Part shown: positions 61,438 through 64,000 of the stretch, in pieces
How the letters are laid out: every line of letters begins with the position of its first letter
Position numbering within the stretch: position 1 is the stretch's first letter
NCBI GenBank assembly: GCA_963558395.1
Contig: CAUWGE010000002.1
Coordinates: 899 to 64,898 of the forward strand
Length of the DNA stretch: 64,000 bases
Source: an uncultured Clostridia bacterium
GTDB lineage: Bacteria > Bacillota > Clostridia > TANB77 > CAG-508
Direction: 5' to 3'
Notes under the pieces: generated by a model
Database searches by the model: none
Told to the model about the DNA's origin: nothing
What the model saw: the letters and a program-made list of their open reading frames with translations, nothing else
Translations under genes and position numbers: made by a program

Positions 61438-63324
61438 ATGGGAAAGAAACTATTAATAACAGAAAAGCCTTCGGTAGCAATGGAATTTGCAAAGGCATTA
61501 AAAATAAATACAACTAGAAAAAATGGTTACCTAGAATCAGAAAAATGGATAATAACTTGGTGCGTAGGCCATTTAGTAACAATGAGCTATCCAGAAAAAT
61601 ACAATGAAAACCTTAAATTCTGGAGGTTAGACACATTGCCATTCATTCCAAAAGAGTGGAAATATGAAATAATACCAGCTGTTGAAAATCAATTTAATAT
61701 TGTAAAAGGTTTACTTCAAAGAGAAGATGTAGAAGAAATATACAATGCAGGTGACTCCGGAAGGGAAGGAGAATATATACAAAGATTAGTTTTTATGATG
61801 GCGAAACCAAACCCAAAAGCAGAAATTAAGAGGGTGTGGATTGACTCACAAACAGAAGAAGAAATAAAAAGAGGAATAGAAGAAGCAAAAGACTCATCTG
61901 AATATGATAGCCTATCAGATAGTGCCTATTTAAGAGCAAAAGAAGATTATCTAATAGGAATTAACTTTTCGAGAATGTTATCTATAATATATGGAAGGAG
62001 ACTCGCAAAAGAAATAAATGAAGAAAGAGCATCAATTTCAGTTGGTAGAGTAATGACTTGTGTATTAGGCATGATTGTCGAAAGAGAAAGAGAAATAAGG
62101 AACTTTGTAAAAGTACCATTTTATAAAATAGTAGGTAATTTTGAAAAACTTTCTGCAGAATGGAAAGTTTCAGAAGGCTCAAAACTATGGCAATCTATGA
62201 AACTATATAATGAGACAGGATTTAAAAAAGAAATTGATGCAAAAGAATTTATAAAATCACTTGAGGGGAAAAAAGCAATTGTAGAAGAAGTTAAGAAGAG
62301 CAAACAAAAAGAAAATGCACCAATGCTTTTTAATCTAGCAGAAATTCAAAATGAATGTACAAAAAGATTTAAAATAAAACCAGATGAAACTTTAGAAATA
62401 ATACAAAATTTATATGAAAAAAAACTAGTTACATATCCAAGAACGGATGCAAGAGTGTTATCTTCAGCAGTAGCGAAAGTAATAAACAAAAATTTAAATG
62501 GAATAGCAGTAGGATACAAAGATGAGGAAATACAAGGCTATATAAAGCAGATGAAAGATGAAAATTATAGTACCAATCTTCTAAAAACAAAATATGTAAA
62601 TGATAGTAAAATAACAGACCATTATGCAATAATTCCAACAGGAAAAGGATATGAAAATTTAGAAAAACTACCAGAATTGCAAAAAAAGGTATATAATTTA
62701 ATTGTAAAAAGATTTTTAGCTATATTTTATCCAGCAGCAGAGTTTAATAAAATGAATGTAACAATAAATGTAGACGGAGAGAAATTCTATGCAAGTACAA
62801 AAATTTGTACTAAAAAAGGTTACTTGGATATATTGAAAAAAGGTAACCAGGAAGAGCAAAATATAGAAAATATTAATGTGAAAAAAGGAGAAGAACTTGC
62901 AATAGAAGGTTACAGCATAAAAGAATCAGAGACGACTCCTCCTACTAGATATAATTCAGGTTCGATAATTTTGGCGATGGAAAATGCAGGGAAGCTTATA
63001 GAAGATGAAGAATTAAGAGAACAAATAAAAGGTGCAGGAATTGGGACAAGTGCAACTAGAGCAGAAATAATAAAGAAACTAGAAAAAATTAAATATATAG
63101 AAATAAATACGAAGACACAAATAATAGTTCCAAGCCAAAAAGGTGAATATATATATGATATTGTAAAAATGTCAATGCCGGATATGTTAAACCCAAAACT
63201 TACAGCGAGTTGGGAAAAAGGACTAGATATGGTTGCCAAAAAAGACATAAAAGCAGAAGTCTTTATGACCAAATTAGAAGGTTACATAAATAGTAAATTT
63301 GACAAATTAGTAATTAGAAGATAA
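61438..63324 (+). CDS. topB: DNA topoisomerase III (type IA)
   Basis: TEKPS, GHL, DSGREGE TOPRIM, VTYPRTD, GIGTSATRA. Confidence 0.9.
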   Translation: MGKKLLITEKPSVAMEFAKALKINTTRKNGYLESEKWIITWCVGHLVTMSYPEKYNENLKFWRLDTLPFIPKEWKYEIIPAVENQFNIVKGLLQREDVEEIYNAGDSGREGEYIQRLVFMMAKPNPKAEIKRVWIDSQTEEEIKRGIEEAKDSSEYDSLSDSAYLRAKEDYLIGINFSRMLSIIYGRRLAKEINEERASISVGRVMTCVLGMIVEREREIRNFVKVPFYKIVGNFEKLSAEWKVSEGSKLWQSMKLYNETGFKKEIDAKEFIKSLEGKKAIVEEVKKSKQKENAPMLFNLAEIQNECTKRFKIKPDETLEIIQNLYEKKLVTYPRTDARVLSSAVAKVINKNLNGIAVGYKDEEIQGYIKQMKDENYSTNLLKTKYVNDSKITDHYAIIPTGKGYENLEKLPELQKKVYNLIVKRFLAIFYPAAEFNKMNVTINVDGEKFYASTKICTKKGYLDILKKGNQEEQNIENINVKKGEELAIEGYSIKESETTPPTRYNSGSIILAMENAGKLIEDEELREQIKGAGIGTSATRAEIIKKLEKIKYIEINTKTQIIVPSQKGEYIYDIVKMSMPDMLNPKLTASWEKGLDMVAKKDIKAEVFMTKLEGYINSKFDKLVIRR

Positions 63325-63455
63325 AAAAATAATATGACCATAGATAGGCTTAAAAAGCTGGCAAATGCGTTAGTTACCAATAAATTACACTAGACATTTT
63401 TTAGCTAATATGGTATAACTAAAAAAGTATAATTTTATTTAAGGAGGGGAGTCCA

Positions 63456-64000
63456 ATTAGTACCTTAAAAAAAGCTGTGATAGGTTTTAGAAAGATAGTA
63501 AAGTTAGCTATTATTTTGACAATTGCAGCAGTAGTAATACTAGGAATAATAAAGGTTTCATATAAGCAAACTTATAGTGTAAGCCTAAATGGAGAAATAA
63601 TAGGTTATACACAAAACAAAATTAGTTTACAAAAGAGAATTAATGATTATATAAATTCAGGAGATAACAGTGAAATTGCATTTGTAGAGGTAAAAGATAT
63701 GCCAGAATACAAAGCATGTTTGCTGAAAAAGGGAATAGAAACAAACGATGATGAAATTTTTCAAAAAGTAACCTCATCAGGAACACCATACTATAAATAT
63801 TATGCAATAACAGAGGATGATGAAGAAAAGGCATATGTTGCTGAATTTTCAGAAGCTGAAGATGTTGTAAATCAATTAAAAGAAAAGTCTAGTACAAATG
63901 CAGATAAGATAGGAATTGTGGAAAAATATTCTACTGAGAAAAAAGAATATACACCTATTGAAACTTGTGTAGCAAATTTATATAAGAAAAAAGAACCTGT
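63456..64000 (+). CDS. partial membrane-anchored protein, likely N-terminus of an M23-type peptidoglycan endopeptidase
   Basis: open frame to the window end; TM helix then YKQTYSVSLNGEIIGY; start either ATT 63456 (near AAGGAGG) or GTG 63477. Confidence 0.55.
   Translation, partial: MSTLKKAVIGFRKIVKLAIILTIAAVVILGIIKVSYKQTYSVSLNGEIIGYTQNKISLQKRINDYINSGDNSEIAFVEVKDMPEYKACLLKKGIETNDDEIFQKVTSSGTPYYKYYAITEDDEEKAYVAEFSEAEDVVNQLKEKSSTNADKIGIVEKYSTEKKEYTPIETCVANLYKKKEP

Overview
A very AT-rich chromosomal region from a Clostridia-like Firmicute (gene content suggests an uncultured gut lineage; this is inference). It is mostly housekeeping, envelope and transport genes, plus four tRNAs, a ~9.9 kb integrative mobilizable element in tRNA-Pro, a two-module reductase-terminated NRPS in an apparent operon with a histidine kinase and a REC/HD-GYP protein, and a VanG/VanT-like ligase-racemase pair. 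The most striking signal is a recurrent +1 frame break at in-frame CGG codons. Five breaks in four conserved genes (ABC permease, DUF2974 hydrolase, comM twice, comEA) are each repaired by skipping one base at CGG-N, which resumes on a GGN codon and gives full-length proteins. By manual scan no intact core gene here uses CGG in frame. This suggests codon-triggered +1 ribosomal frameshifting (or 4-base decoding of CGGN) acting across the genome, but a systematic sequencing artefact must be excluded. All annotations are from motif recognition by eye; no database searches were run.
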